IMG/VR virus record: IMGVR_UViG_3300033067_001825
Coordinates: 1-39,657 of that record
Direction: 5' to 3' (one strand)
Origin: a virus
Taxonomy: Duplodnaviria > Caudoviricetes
DNA length: 39,657 bases
A model generated the notes under the pieces. That model saw only the letters and a list, made by a program, of their open reading frames with translations, searched no databases and was not told the DNA's origin. Made by a program: the position numbers and the translations under genes. Shown piece after piece: positions 18,269-26,600 of the stretch (the first letter of the stretch is position 1; each line of letters starts with the position of its first letter).

Positions 18269-18598
18269 ATGTACGCGGAGCAGGCAGTCGAGGTCACGCT
18301 TCCGATCGGCGCGCCGTACACGCTCGCGCTCGTCGCGGCGACGTCGTCGGCGTCGATCGACCTGACCGCGAACGTCCCTGGTCTCGTCGGGCCTCCCTAC
18401 GGACAGTTCGTCCTCATGTCGTGCACGGCGGCGTGGACGGTGCGGAGCGGTAGCGCCGACCCTGGCCCCGCTCTCTCGTCCGACTTCCCGCTGCAGGCGA
18501 ACACCGTCTACCGCTTCAAGATCACGCCGCAGACGTTCGTCGCGAGGTTCTTTTCGACGGCGGGCGGGACGCTCTCGGTCGCTCTCTCGAGCCGGTGA
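18269..18598 (+). CDS. Small beta-rich virion-associated protein
   Basis: DFPLQANTVYRF-type small beta protein downstream of late promoter. Confidence 0.6.
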   Translation: MYAEQAVEVTLPIGAPYTLALVAATSSASIDLTANVPGLVGPPYGQFVLMSCTAAWTVRSGSADPGPALSSDFPLQANTVYRFKITPQTFVARFFSTAGGTLSVALSSR

Positions 18599-18602
18599 TG
18601 CG

Positions 18603-19358
18603 ATGCTCGGGCGCCCGTCACCCGACCAGATCGCAGTCGACAACGCGATCGCGCTCGGCGGGTCGGGCTGGTCGCCCACGCAGCTCGGCGCCGCGCTGAC
18701 GTTGTGGATCAAGGAGACATCGCTCGTCGGGTCCCCCATCGACTCCATGACGAACCTCGGCTCGGCCGGCGGAGCGTTCTCGGCGACGCTCACCGCGCGC
18801 GCCACGATTGCGACGATCAACGGTCTCTCCGCGGCGGTGTTCGATGGCACGAACACGATCGAAGGCGGCGGCCCTGGCGAGCTCAACGTGGTCACGAACA
18901 CGAGCGCCTACTCGTTCGTCGCGGCCATCAAGTTCAACGCGCTCACGGCCACCGCTGCCACCTCGGGCTGGCTCGAGCCGAACGTTCTTCAGGACACCGC
19001 CACGGGTTCACTCTACCCATGGGCGGTGACCAACGTGGGCGTGCGCTCCGGTCACTACGACGGCACGCTCGACCGCCAGACGACAGAGACCGCCGTGACG
19101 CTCGGCACGCTCTATTCGACGGCCGTGGTGTACGACGGGACGAACATCACGCAGTACCTCGCGGGCGGAAGCAAGCAGGCCGCGGCGCCAGCTATCTCGC
19201 ACGCGATCGCAAACGCCCTCCGCCTCGGCGCTTCGCAGGGCAACCTGAAGGTGAACGCGACGCTCGCCGAGCTCATCGGCGTGAACCGCGCGCTCTCGGC
19301 CGCCGAGGTGGCGCAGGCCCGAAACTACCTCGTCGCGAAGTGGGGGGCCGTCCTGTGA
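18603..19358 (+). CDS. LamG/concanavalin-like lectin domain protein
   Basis: WSPTQLG..LTLW, INGLSAAVFDG, AVVYDGTNITQY, AELIGVNRALSAAE..YLVAKW. Confidence 0.8.
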   Translation: MLGRPSPDQIAVDNAIALGGSGWSPTQLGAALTLWIKETSLVGSPIDSMTNLGSAGGAFSATLTARATIATINGLSAAVFDGTNTIEGGGPGELNVVTNTSAYSFVAAIKFNALTATAATSGWLEPNVLQDTATGSLYPWAVTNVGVRSGHYDGTLDRQTTETAVTLGTLYSTAVVYDGTNITQYLAGGSKQAAAPAISHAIANALRLGASQGNLKVNATLAELIGVNRALSAAEVAQARNYLVAKWGAVL

Positions 19359-20989
19359 CCGTCTCCCTCCTCGCCAGCGGCATCGTCACGAGCGGGCAGC
19401 AGGTCGCCTCGTGGGCCAGCGTCGGCGGCCCCGTCGCGACTGGATACGTCGTGAGCCCGTGGCGTGACTACTACGAGGGCGCCGCAGCGGCGCGCTTCGA
19501 TCGCGGCCTGGGCACCGCGATGGCGTGCGGCACGCTCGCTGACTGGCTGCCCACCTCGACGCCGCGCACGGCGCTCGTGCGCGTGGGCGATGTGCAGCTC
19601 TCCGGCCCCGACGTGCGCGACGCTGAGCCGCTGTGGCAGGACACGAGCTCTACCTACTACACGTGTGGCTTCGTTCGTCAGGGCGGCGGCGTGTTCGTCG
19701 TCGGCGGCGTCTACGCAGGCGGCGCGTGGCACCAGACCGACGTAGACCCCGCGCGCGTCTCGGTCATCCCTGGCCACTGGCACCGCATCACCGAGAGCTT
19801 CGACGGGACCACGTACACGCTACAGGTGGACGACCGGCCGCCCATCTCGGTGCTGGTCGGCGGCTCGCCTCCGAGCCTGACGGGCGGCGTGCGACTCGGC
19901 ATCAACTACCACGGTCAGCACTCGTCGTTCACGCTCGCGCAGGTTGGCGGGACGATGCCAGCGCCTCGCGTGGTCGTGACTCCTACGCCGTGGGGCAACG
20001 GTGAGGGCGCGCTATTCGGCGGCAGGCCGAGTGCGTCGAGTGGCGCGATGCTCGTGGTGGACACCACCGCGAGCGATGTCGTTCTCGACGTGACCATCTA
20101 CGCCGCGTCCGGCATCACCTCGGCGAATGCGCCGGAGTTCTCGGTGGTCGTGGAGACGGACACCGGCTACGGCCCCACGCATCGCACCGTGGTTGCGCCG
20201 CCCGCCATCACTGGCGACTGGATGGACTACTCGACGGCGCCCGTCGCGCTGCCTGGCAGCGGCATGCGACGCGTGCGCGTGGTGATGCCGGCGCACGGCT
20301 CCGGGATCCGGCTCACCGTCCAATCGTTGCGCTTCTCCACGGACGCCTACGTGGGTTGCGTGCCAGAGCCAACGGCCGCGCCGGTGCTTGCGCTGGAGAC
20401 GATGGGCGGCGGCTCGCTCGGCAACGGCAACACGACGGGCTTCCGCGTCGTCGGCGGCGCGCTTGATCCGGCGTACGAAGCCACGCGCGACGCTCACATC
20501 TGGCGCATGATGGCGGCCACCGAGGGCCACGCGCCGGGCACGCTGCTCGCGTACTCGACGCAGACGAACGACCTACGCAACGGCGTCACTCCGAGCGACG
20601 CACAGGAGCAGGCACGCGTGTACTGCGCCGCGCTGAAGGCCGCGCGGCCTGACTCCCGCCTCGTCTACGTGACGACGCAGACCATCTCGCTCGCGTCCGC
20701 TGGTGCCTTCCGCGCGGCGGAGGCGGCTGGCGCTGCGGCGGGCGGCGCCGATGTCGTGGTGGACGGCTCTACGCTGCTGCCTGCTGCTGGGCTCTGCGAC
20801 GGGACGCACCCGTGGCAGCGGTACTCCTCGAGCATCGCGGCGGCGCTCGCGTCGCACTGCGTTCCTGGTCGCATGGTGTGGATGAGCGGGTGTTCGCTCG
20901 CGTGCGGCTCGGCAATGCTGGACGACGGGACGTGGTGTGTCCCGATGGCCGAGGGAATCCCGGCGATGCTCAGGAGCCAGGGGTGGTGA
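19355..20989 (+). CDS. LamG-like domain + SGNH-like esterase protein (fibre/appendage candidate)
   Basis: GHWHRITESFDGTTYTLQVD (LamG); TND, DGTHP and GCSL SGNH-like blocks; GTGA-coupled start. Confidence 0.7.
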   Translation: MTVSLLASGIVTSGQQVASWASVGGPVATGYVVSPWRDYYEGAAAARFDRGLGTAMACGTLADWLPTSTPRTALVRVGDVQLSGPDVRDAEPLWQDTSSTYYTCGFVRQGGGVFVVGGVYAGGAWHQTDVDPARVSVIPGHWHRITESFDGTTYTLQVDDRPPISVLVGGSPPSLTGGVRLGINYHGQHSSFTLAQVGGTMPAPRVVVTPTPWGNGEGALFGGRPSASSGAMLVVDTTASDVVLDVTIYAASGITSANAPEFSVVVETDTGYGPTHRTVVAPPAITGDWMDYSTAPVALPGSGMRRVRVVMPAHGSGIRLTVQSLRFSTDAYVGCVPEPTAAPVLALETMGGGSLGNGNTTGFRVVGGALDPAYEATRDAHIWRMMAATEGHAPGTLLAYSTQTNDLRNGVTPSDAQEQARVYCAALKAARPDSRLVYVTTQTISLASAGAFRAAEAAGAAAGGADVVVDGSTLLPAAGLCDGTHPWQRYSSSIAAALASHCVPGRMVWMSGCSLACGSAMLDDGTWCVPMAEGIPAMLRSQGW

Positions 20990-21273
20990 TGCTCGAGCTG
21001 CTCACATCGCCGTCGGTCGCGACGCTCATCGCCGCAATCGCATTCGCGATTCGTGGCGTGCCGCGCATCCTCGAAGCGCGCGCGAAGGCCGCGCAGGCTC
21101 GCGCCGAGCAGGAGGCTGCGGAAGCGCAGGCCCACGAGTCGGCCGTGGCCGGGCTGCGGGTGCTGCTCGGCGAGATGACGGCGGAGGCGAGCTCGCAGCG
21201 CGAGCGCGCGGAGCGCCTCGAGTCGGAGCTACGCGACCTCCGCAGGGTCGCAGGGAAGGTCAAGGAACCATGA
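20989..21273 (+). CDS. Membrane-anchored coiled-coil protein (holin/i-spanin candidate)
   Basis: N-terminal hydrophobic helix followed by a coiled coil. Confidence 0.55.
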   Translation: MLELLTSPSVATLIAAIAFAIRGVPRILEARAKAAQARAEQEAAEAQAHESAVAGLRVLLGEMTAEASSQRERAERLESELRDLRRVAGKVKEP

Positions 21274-21773
21274 AGGTCAACATCATCGCGGCCGGCGTGC
21301 TCGTCGGCTTGGTCCTGGTCGTGTGCGGCCTCGCCGCGTTCGGCCACCAGCTCGGGATGAGCCACGGCGCGCTCGCGTGGTGCCAGGCGTTCGCGGCCGT
21401 CGTCGGCGGCGGCGTGCTGTCGATGCTGCCGAAGGTGGTCGAGCTCGCGGAGAAGAAGCTCGAGGAGGCCACGGCGCCGCGCCCCACGCGCGTGCCACCG
21501 TCGCGCGAGAGCGGCCATGCTGCCGTCGATGCGATGCTTGCCGTCGTGATGGTCGGCGGCGCCATCCTCGCGTGGCTCCTCCACGGCTGCGGCGCCTCGG
21601 CCCCCGTAGTCGTCGCGGGCGTCGAGACCGGGGTGCACTTCACCTGTCAGGTGGCCCGCGAGGTCTGCAGCTGGACCGAGCCGATGATGACCACCGAGAA
21701 CATGCGGCAGAAGCACGACGCCGCGTGCTCGATGCTCGACACGGCCTGCCACGCGGTCGGCGCCAAGCACTGA
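21270..21773 (+). CDS. Multi-TM protein with internal lipobox (lysis candidate)
   Basis: Two N-terminal TM segments, then MLAVVMVGGAILAWLLHG-C and 4 more Cys. Confidence 0.6.
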   Translation: MKVNIIAAGVLVGLVLVVCGLAAFGHQLGMSHGALAWCQAFAAVVGGGVLSMLPKVVELAEKKLEEATAPRPTRVPPSRESGHAAVDAMLAVVMVGGAILAWLLHGCGASAPVVVAGVETGVHFTCQVAREVCSWTEPMMTTENMRQKHDAACSMLDTACHAVGAKH

Positions 21774-21777
21774 CGCC

Positions 21778-21900
21778 ATGCGCATCGGCCGGCTGAGCGT
21801 CTACTACGTGCCGGCCCGCTTCCGCGAGTGGCGCCTGTCTCGTCGCCACTCGTCCTACGTGCTCGCGCTCGGCCCGATCTACCTGCGCTGGGCGCTGTGA
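21778..21900 (+). CDS. Small hypothetical protein (40 aa)
   Basis: MRIGRLSVYY...LRWAL read from sequence; GTGA-coupled to next ORF. Confidence 0.45.
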   Translation: MRIGRLSVYYVPARFREWRLSRRHSSYVLALGPIYLRWAL

Positions 21901-22028
21901 CTCGGCGACGGATCCGCGTCCCGCTGCCGGCCGGAGTACCGGTGTCGATTCAGCTCGAGCCTTGGGCGTACGACCGGCTCGCTTGGTGGCTGGCGGTCAA
22001 TGGGTGGTCGGAGGGTTGGTGGCGCTGA
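21897..22028 (+). CDS. Small Trp-rich hypothetical protein
   Basis: MTRRRIRVPL...GWWR; coupled overlaps on both sides. Confidence 0.45.
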   Translation: MTRRRIRVPLPAGVPVSIQLEPWAYDRLAWWLAVNGWSEGWWR

Positions 22029-22186
22029 TGGACGCTGACGTGACGCAAGCACTGCGCGAGCTCCGTGCCGCCGAGGAGCACGTGCGCCGCGTGATGGGCG
22101 GCACCGTGGCAGGTCGCCGCGTGCTGCTGGCGCTGCGCCACCTAGAGGCGGCGGCTCGGCGCGAGGAGAGGGAGGCTGCGGAGTGA
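22028..22186 (+). CDS. Small helical hypothetical protein
   Basis: MDADVTQALRE...; TGATG and GTGA coupling. Confidence 0.5.
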   Translation: MDADVTQALRELRAAEEHVRRVMGGTVAGRRVLLALRHLEAAARREEREAAE

Positions 22187-22629
22187 GGTCTTCGATCCGC
22201 ATCGTCCACACCGACGAGGACGTGACCGAAGAGGTGCGCGAGGTCGAGGCCGTCGCGATGCGTGGCCGCGAGCACGAGGCCGACCCTGTGGACCTCGTCA
22301 CGCATGACCCCGAGGTGTGGCTCGCGATGGACGGGCGCGACGTGGTGGGCTTCGGCGTGCTCGTGTGCCGGCCCGACGGCGACCATTACCCCGGCTGGTA
22401 TCTGCGCATGGCGGCGGTGCTGCCATCGCATCGCGGCATGGGCCTACAGCAGCGGCTCATCCGCGCGAGGCTGGCCTACGCGGAGAAGCACGGCGCATCG
22501 GTCGTCTCGACGTACACGCGGCCAGACAACGACCGATCGCAACGCGCGCTCTACTCGTGCGGATTCCGGCCCTACTTCGAGACGACGAAGTACGCGGGGG
22601 AGATGGTGTACATGCGGAGGTGGCTGTGA
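22183..22629 (+). CDS. GNAT-family acetyltransferase
   Basis: AAVLPSHRGMGLQQRLI acetyl-CoA motif A; N..SQRALYSCGF motif B. Confidence 0.9.
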   Translation: MRSSIRIVHTDEDVTEEVREVEAVAMRGREHEADPVDLVTHDPEVWLAMDGRDVVGFGVLVCRPDGDHYPGWYLRMAAVLPSHRGMGLQQRLIRARLAYAEKHGASVVSTYTRPDNDRSQRALYSCGFRPYFETTKYAGEMVYMRRWL

Positions 22630-23963
22630 GCGGAACACGACGCGACCGGCCGCACAAGGGGCAGCCAGGACATCGCGAGTGGGTCGTGGCCGCAGTGCGC
22701 GAGAGCGGCGCGCGGACCGTGGTGGACTTCATGGCGTGGGCGCGTCCGCTGCGTTACACCCGCGCGCTGCCATCAGAGCGTGACTTCGTGGCGGCGGGAG
22801 GGTGGCTCTCGTGCCGGTACGCGGCGGCAACGGAAAGCGAAGGGCCCGGCGCGAACGCTGAGCCCTTCACCCGACCGAGTGTTCCCGATCCGAGCGACCG
22901 TGGCCGCCCACCGCACCCCGTAGCGGCATTGGGGAGCCAAGACGCTACCACGCCACCGAGCGCCGTGCCCGTGGACCCGCTGCCGGAGCGCCACCACCTG
23001 CGCGGCGTCTCCACCCTCGTGGATGCCGAGGGCAACATCCGCGCGCAGTGGGTCAAGACAGCGAAGGACCACGAGACGCACGCGGCGCTCGTCGAGCGGC
23101 TGATGCGCGAGCTTCCGACGCGCGTGCCGGTGCGCGAAGGAGCCATCGCGCGCCCGCGTCCAGCGCCGTCCGACGCCGACGCGCTGATGGCCGTCTATCC
23201 GCTGGGTGACCCGCACGTGGGCATGATGGCGTGGGCGCCGGAGACTGGCGCGGACTGGGATCTACGGATCTGCGAAGAGACGATGACGCGCGCCATGCGC
23301 GATCTCGTGCTGCGCGGGCCGCGGTGCAAGCGGGCGCTGATCGTCAACCTCGGCGACTTCTTCCACAGCGACAACGCGCACGGGCACACCACGAATTCTC
23401 AGCACTCGCTGGACCTCGACGGCCGCACACCAAAGGTGCTCTCGGTCGGTCTGCGCATCTTCACCACGCTGATCGACTCCGCGCTTGAGCACCACGACGA
23501 GGTCACCGTCGACTGCCGGATCGGCAACCACGACGCGCACACGTCACTGATGCTCTCGATCGCGCTCGGTGCGTTCTACCGGCAGGAGCCGCGCGTGAGC
23601 ATCCCCGCGACCGTCTCGCACCGCGCGTATTACACGCACGGCGCTTGCCTCATCGGCACGACGCACGGCGACCGCGCGAAGCCCGACGCGCTGCCGCAGA
23701 TCATGGCCGCCGAGCGCGCCGAGGACTGGGGCCGCTCACGACACAGGTACTGGTACACCGGCCATCTGCACCACGTCGTGCGACGTGAGTACGCCGGGTG
23801 CATCGTCGAGACGTTCCGCACGCTCGCGGGCGGCGACTCGTGGCACACGGCCCAGGGCTACCGCAGCGGACGCGACATGCACCGCATCACGCTGCACGCC
23901 GAGCTCGGGGAGATCGCGCGCGAGGTGGTCAACGTGGACGCGCTGATGCGGAGGGCCGCATGA
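22626..23963 (+). CDS. Calcineurin-like metallophosphoesterase with N-terminal extension
   Basis: GDPH, GDFFH, GNHD, HGD, GHLHH metal-binding motifs. Confidence 0.9.
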   Translation: MSGTRRDRPHKGQPGHREWVVAAVRESGARTVVDFMAWARPLRYTRALPSERDFVAAGGWLSCRYAAATESEGPGANAEPFTRPSVPDPSDRGRPPHPVAALGSQDATTPPSAVPVDPLPERHHLRGVSTLVDAEGNIRAQWVKTAKDHETHAALVERLMRELPTRVPVREGAIARPRPAPSDADALMAVYPLGDPHVGMMAWAPETGADWDLRICEETMTRAMRDLVLRGPRCKRALIVNLGDFFHSDNAHGHTTNSQHSLDLDGRTPKVLSVGLRIFTTLIDSALEHHDEVTVDCRIGNHDAHTSLMLSIALGAFYRQEPRVSIPATVSHRAYYTHGACLIGTTHGDRAKPDALPQIMAAERAEDWGRSRHRYWYTGHLHHVVRREYAGCIVETFRTLAGGDSWHTAQGYRSGRDMHRITLHAELGEIAREVVNVDALMRRAA

Positions 23964-24232
23964 AGCCTGACCGCGGCAAGCCCCGCCCCACGCTGCTCCC
24001 CGGCCGCGCGCTGGCCGAGGTGGCCGCGCTGCTCACCGCTGAGGCCGAGCGCCACCAGGACGCGCCTGGGCGGCCCGGCTACCTCGACCACCTCGCCGCC
24101 GATTACGTGGACGCCGCGGGCCGGCACTGGCTCGCGCTGGTGGCCGGCGACGAGAGCGAGGACCACCTTGTCCGGCTGGCGGCATCCGCGCTCATCGCGC
24201 TCGAGCTACGCGCGCGTGGTCACCGCACATAG
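23960..24232 (+). CDS. dATP/dGTP diphosphohydrolase-like (DUF5664-like) protein, divergent
   Basis: KPDRGKPRPTLLP..ALAEVA, YVDAAGRH, GDESEDHL pattern. Confidence 0.7.
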   Translation: MKPDRGKPRPTLLPGRALAEVAALLTAEAERHQDAPGRPGYLDHLAADYVDAAGRHWLALVAGDESEDHLVRLAASALIALELRARGHRT

Positions 24233-24244
24233 GAGCCGCTCCCC

Positions 24245-24994
24245 ATGCCCCTCGCCCCGCTGCCCCGTGGTCTCGCCGTCTACGCCCCCATCTCGGACGG
24301 CCTGGCGCCTGACGCCCTCGTGGAGCGCCTGCGTGCGTGCGGCGCATCGATCGCCGTGCTCATGGTGGAGGGCCTGCCCATCCGCGGCGCGCGTGGGCAG
24401 AGCGTCACGCCCCGCCTCGCCGTGCCGCGCTACGCCGCCGCCGTGGCGCGTCTGCGGGCGCACGGCATCGAGGCCGTGGCGTGCTCGTTCCCCGCCGTCT
24501 CCGGCGACCTCGTGGACGCCCTGGCCCACCTGCGGGCGTGCGCCGCCGAGGCCGGCACGCACGCCCAGCTCGACGCGGAGCCGTACGAGGGCGCGCACTG
24601 GTCGCCATCGCTGCTGCGGCCGTGGCTCGACGCGCTGCCGGAGATGAGCATCACGAGCACGCGCGCGGAGCTGCCGGTGATGGGCCGGCACGGTCGCGAG
24701 ACGTGGCTGCAACTGGAGTCGCAGACCTCGACCGACACGCTCGACGCGGCGATCGCCATCGCAGCGCGCTACACCGACCCCACGCGCATCGTTCCCGTGT
24801 GTGGGCTGTTCGACGGCAAGCGCGACGACGGCACGCCCGACCCGCGCACGCCCGACGAGATCCGCCGCGACCTCGAGCGCTGCACGCCCCAGGCGCGCGC
24901 GTCGGGCCGGCTGGGTGAGTGGTCGTCGCGCAGCCTCACCTACGCGAAGGCGACGGTGCTCCGGTCGTGGGTGGAGTCGAGGCCGCTGGGCTGA
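24245..24994 (+). CDS. Putative TIM-barrel glycoside hydrolase (endolysin candidate)
   Basis: Alternating beta/alpha pattern with QLDAE (DxE) motif as in GH25/GH18-type barrels; AGGAG RBS; no other lysin recognised. Confidence 0.5.
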   Translation: MPLAPLPRGLAVYAPISDGLAPDALVERLRACGASIAVLMVEGLPIRGARGQSVTPRLAVPRYAAAVARLRAHGIEAVACSFPAVSGDLVDALAHLRACAAEAGTHAQLDAEPYEGAHWSPSLLRPWLDALPEMSITSTRAELPVMGRHGRETWLQLESQTSTDTLDAAIAIAARYTDPTRIVPVCGLFDGKRDDGTPDPRTPDEIRRDLERCTPQARASGRLGEWSSRSLTYAKATVLRSWVESRPLG

Positions 24995-25020
24995 CGATCC
25001 AGGCGAGCGCAGGCCCAAGG

Positions 25021-25404
25021 TCATCCGCCGAGCTGAGCCGGCACGGCGTCGACGACGCCCTCGGGACACTCTGGCGTGAACCTCTCGCGCCACCGCAGCC
25101 GGTATCCGATCCCGCCGACCCACACGAGCACGCCGTCGAGGAAGACGTGGTCGTAGCCCAGGTCGTCCATTTGCTCGGCGATCGACGAATGCCAGAACGG
25201 CACGAACGGGGCCGACGGATCCCACCGTTGAAAGATCGCCCACGTCACGCGCTCGCGCGCTGCCTCGACTCCGCCACAGTGCTCGACGAGCGCACGGAAC
25301 ACGGCTTCGCGTCGCGTGTAGACGTTGCGCGCCACGTCGGCCGCCCACCCCTTCGCCCCTTCGAGCATCGGGTGCGGCTTCGAGTCGTCGATCTTGTACC
25401 TCAT
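25021..25404 (-). CDS. Hypothetical protein
   Basis: MRYKIDDSK...; ATGA-coupled; last gene of leftward operon. Confidence 0.6.
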   Translation of the reverse strand: MRYKIDDSKPHPMLEGAKGWAADVARNVYTRREAVFRALVEHCGGVEAARERVTWAIFQRWDPSAPFVPFWHSSIAEQMDDLGYDHVFLDGVLVWVGGIGYRLRWRERFTPECPEGVVDAVPAQLGG

Positions 25405-25661
25405 CGTCTTGCCTCGAGTCTTTCGCGCGCCTGCTCCCGGAGCCGGAACACGCGCCCCGCGTGGTGGCCGATGCGCCAGGCCGTGTTGGTCGGGCCGCCG
25501 GGCGCGTTGCGCCTCAGCATCGGCGGCCACGTGGCCTCGCACCGCTCGTCAGCCAGCGCCGCCGCCAGCCGCTCCGCGGCGTGCCGCGCCGTGTCCTGCG
25601 GGCTGTACCGCTCCCGGTGCAGCGGCCACCGTCTCGGCTGACCGGGCGGGGGTAGCGTCAC
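25401..25661 (-). CDS. Hypothetical protein
   Basis: GTGA-coupled with GGAGG RBS. Confidence 0.5.
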   Translation of the reverse strand: MTLPPPGQPRRWPLHRERYSPQDTARHAAERLAAALADERCEATWPPMLRRNAPGGPTNTAWRIGHHAGRVFRLREQARERLEARR

Positions 25662-26002
25662 GGCTGCGCCTCCTCGTCCACCCACGCTTCGCCGAAGAGC
25701 ATCCACATGTCACCCGAGGTCAACACGTCGGATGACTGCGCGGCCTCGGGGCGCTCGCTCAGCAGCTTGCTCTTGCCGCTCTTGCTCCACACGCGCACGC
25801 GGTTGGCGGGGAACGCATCGGCCACGAGGGGCTGGTTGCACCAGAGCTGATGCCAGTTGCGCACCATCTCCGCTGCGGCGTCCACCCACTCGGTCGGATG
25901 GGCCGTCGGGTTGAGCCTCACGACCCCGGGCGTGTTGGTTAGCGAAAACCCTCCCCACCACCCCACGTGCAGCGTCACGCCCTGGAATCGCGGGTCCGTC
26001 AT
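25658..26002 (-). CDS. Hypothetical protein
   Basis: 114-aa coupled ORF, Trp-rich. Confidence 0.65.
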   Translation of the reverse strand: MTDPRFQGVTLHVGWWGGFSLTNTPGVVRLNPTAHPTEWVDAAAEMVRNWHQLWCNQPLVADAFPANRVRVWSKSGKSKLLSERPEAAQSSDVLTSGDMWMLFGEAWVDEEAQP

Positions 26003-26328
26003 CGCTCGTGCTCCCCGCGCTCAATGGCGTCGGCCAGGTCGCGCAGCACTGCCACGGTGGCGCGCGTCTCGTCGATGCGGCGCCGTGTCCACTCGTTCGG
26101 TTCCGGCTCAGCCGCGTGCCGGTCGTGCATGACCTGCTCGCTCGTCTGCCGCACTCGGATGGCAGACACCACCTTCGCGCGCTCGTCGGCGCGGGCTGCG
26201 TCCCGCTCCGCGCGCACGGCGTCGAGCTCGGCGAGGAGGTCGGCGATGACGTACGCACGGTCGCACGCGTACCCCTCGCACCCGTTGTCGGCGCGTAGTT
26301 CCGCCTCGCGTTCCTTCGTCAGTCTCAC
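25999..26328 (-). CDS. Ead/Ea22-like coiled-coil protein
   Basis: VIADLLAELDAVRAERD pattern; coupled start. Confidence 0.55.
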   Translation of the reverse strand: MRLTKEREAELRADNGCEGYACDRAYVIADLLAELDAVRAERDAARADERAKVVSAIRVRQTSEQVMHDRHAAEPEPNEWTRRRIDETRATVAVLRDLADAIERGEHER

Positions 26329-26600
26329 GGCTCCTCCCGCTTCCATCCTTCTGGCCGCCACTCACTACCCGCGCACATTTCGGCAACTCGCAGCCTGGCA
26401 CGCGCGCTCCTGCCGATGACGCGCAGCCACTCCCGCAGCGCTCGGTTGTAGCGGCGCCATGCGCGCGCATCCGCGCGCCTAGTGCGCGCTCCCATGACGA
26501 CACGCAAAGCGTCTGTCTCGCTTAGACGCACCGTTGTCAAGCCGCGCCACGGCACGTATTCAGCGCGCCCGAGCAGTTCAAATTTCCTGGCTCTCGTCAC
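26325..26600 (-). CDS. Hypothetical protein
   Basis: GGAGGAG RBS, GTGA coupling. Confidence 0.55.
   Translation of the reverse strand: MTRARKFELLGRAEYVPWRGLTTVRLSETDALRVVMGARTRRADARAWRRYNRALREWLRVIGRSARARLRVAEMCAGSEWRPEGWKREEP

Noticed and set aside
13450-20989. Diversity-generating retroelement or invertible tail-fibre cassette
   Set aside because: No reverse transcriptase, invertase, or template/variable repeat pair seen by eye
23960-24232. dZ (2-aminoadenine) genome pathway
   Set aside because: No PurZ, DatZ or DNA polymerase recognised in the window
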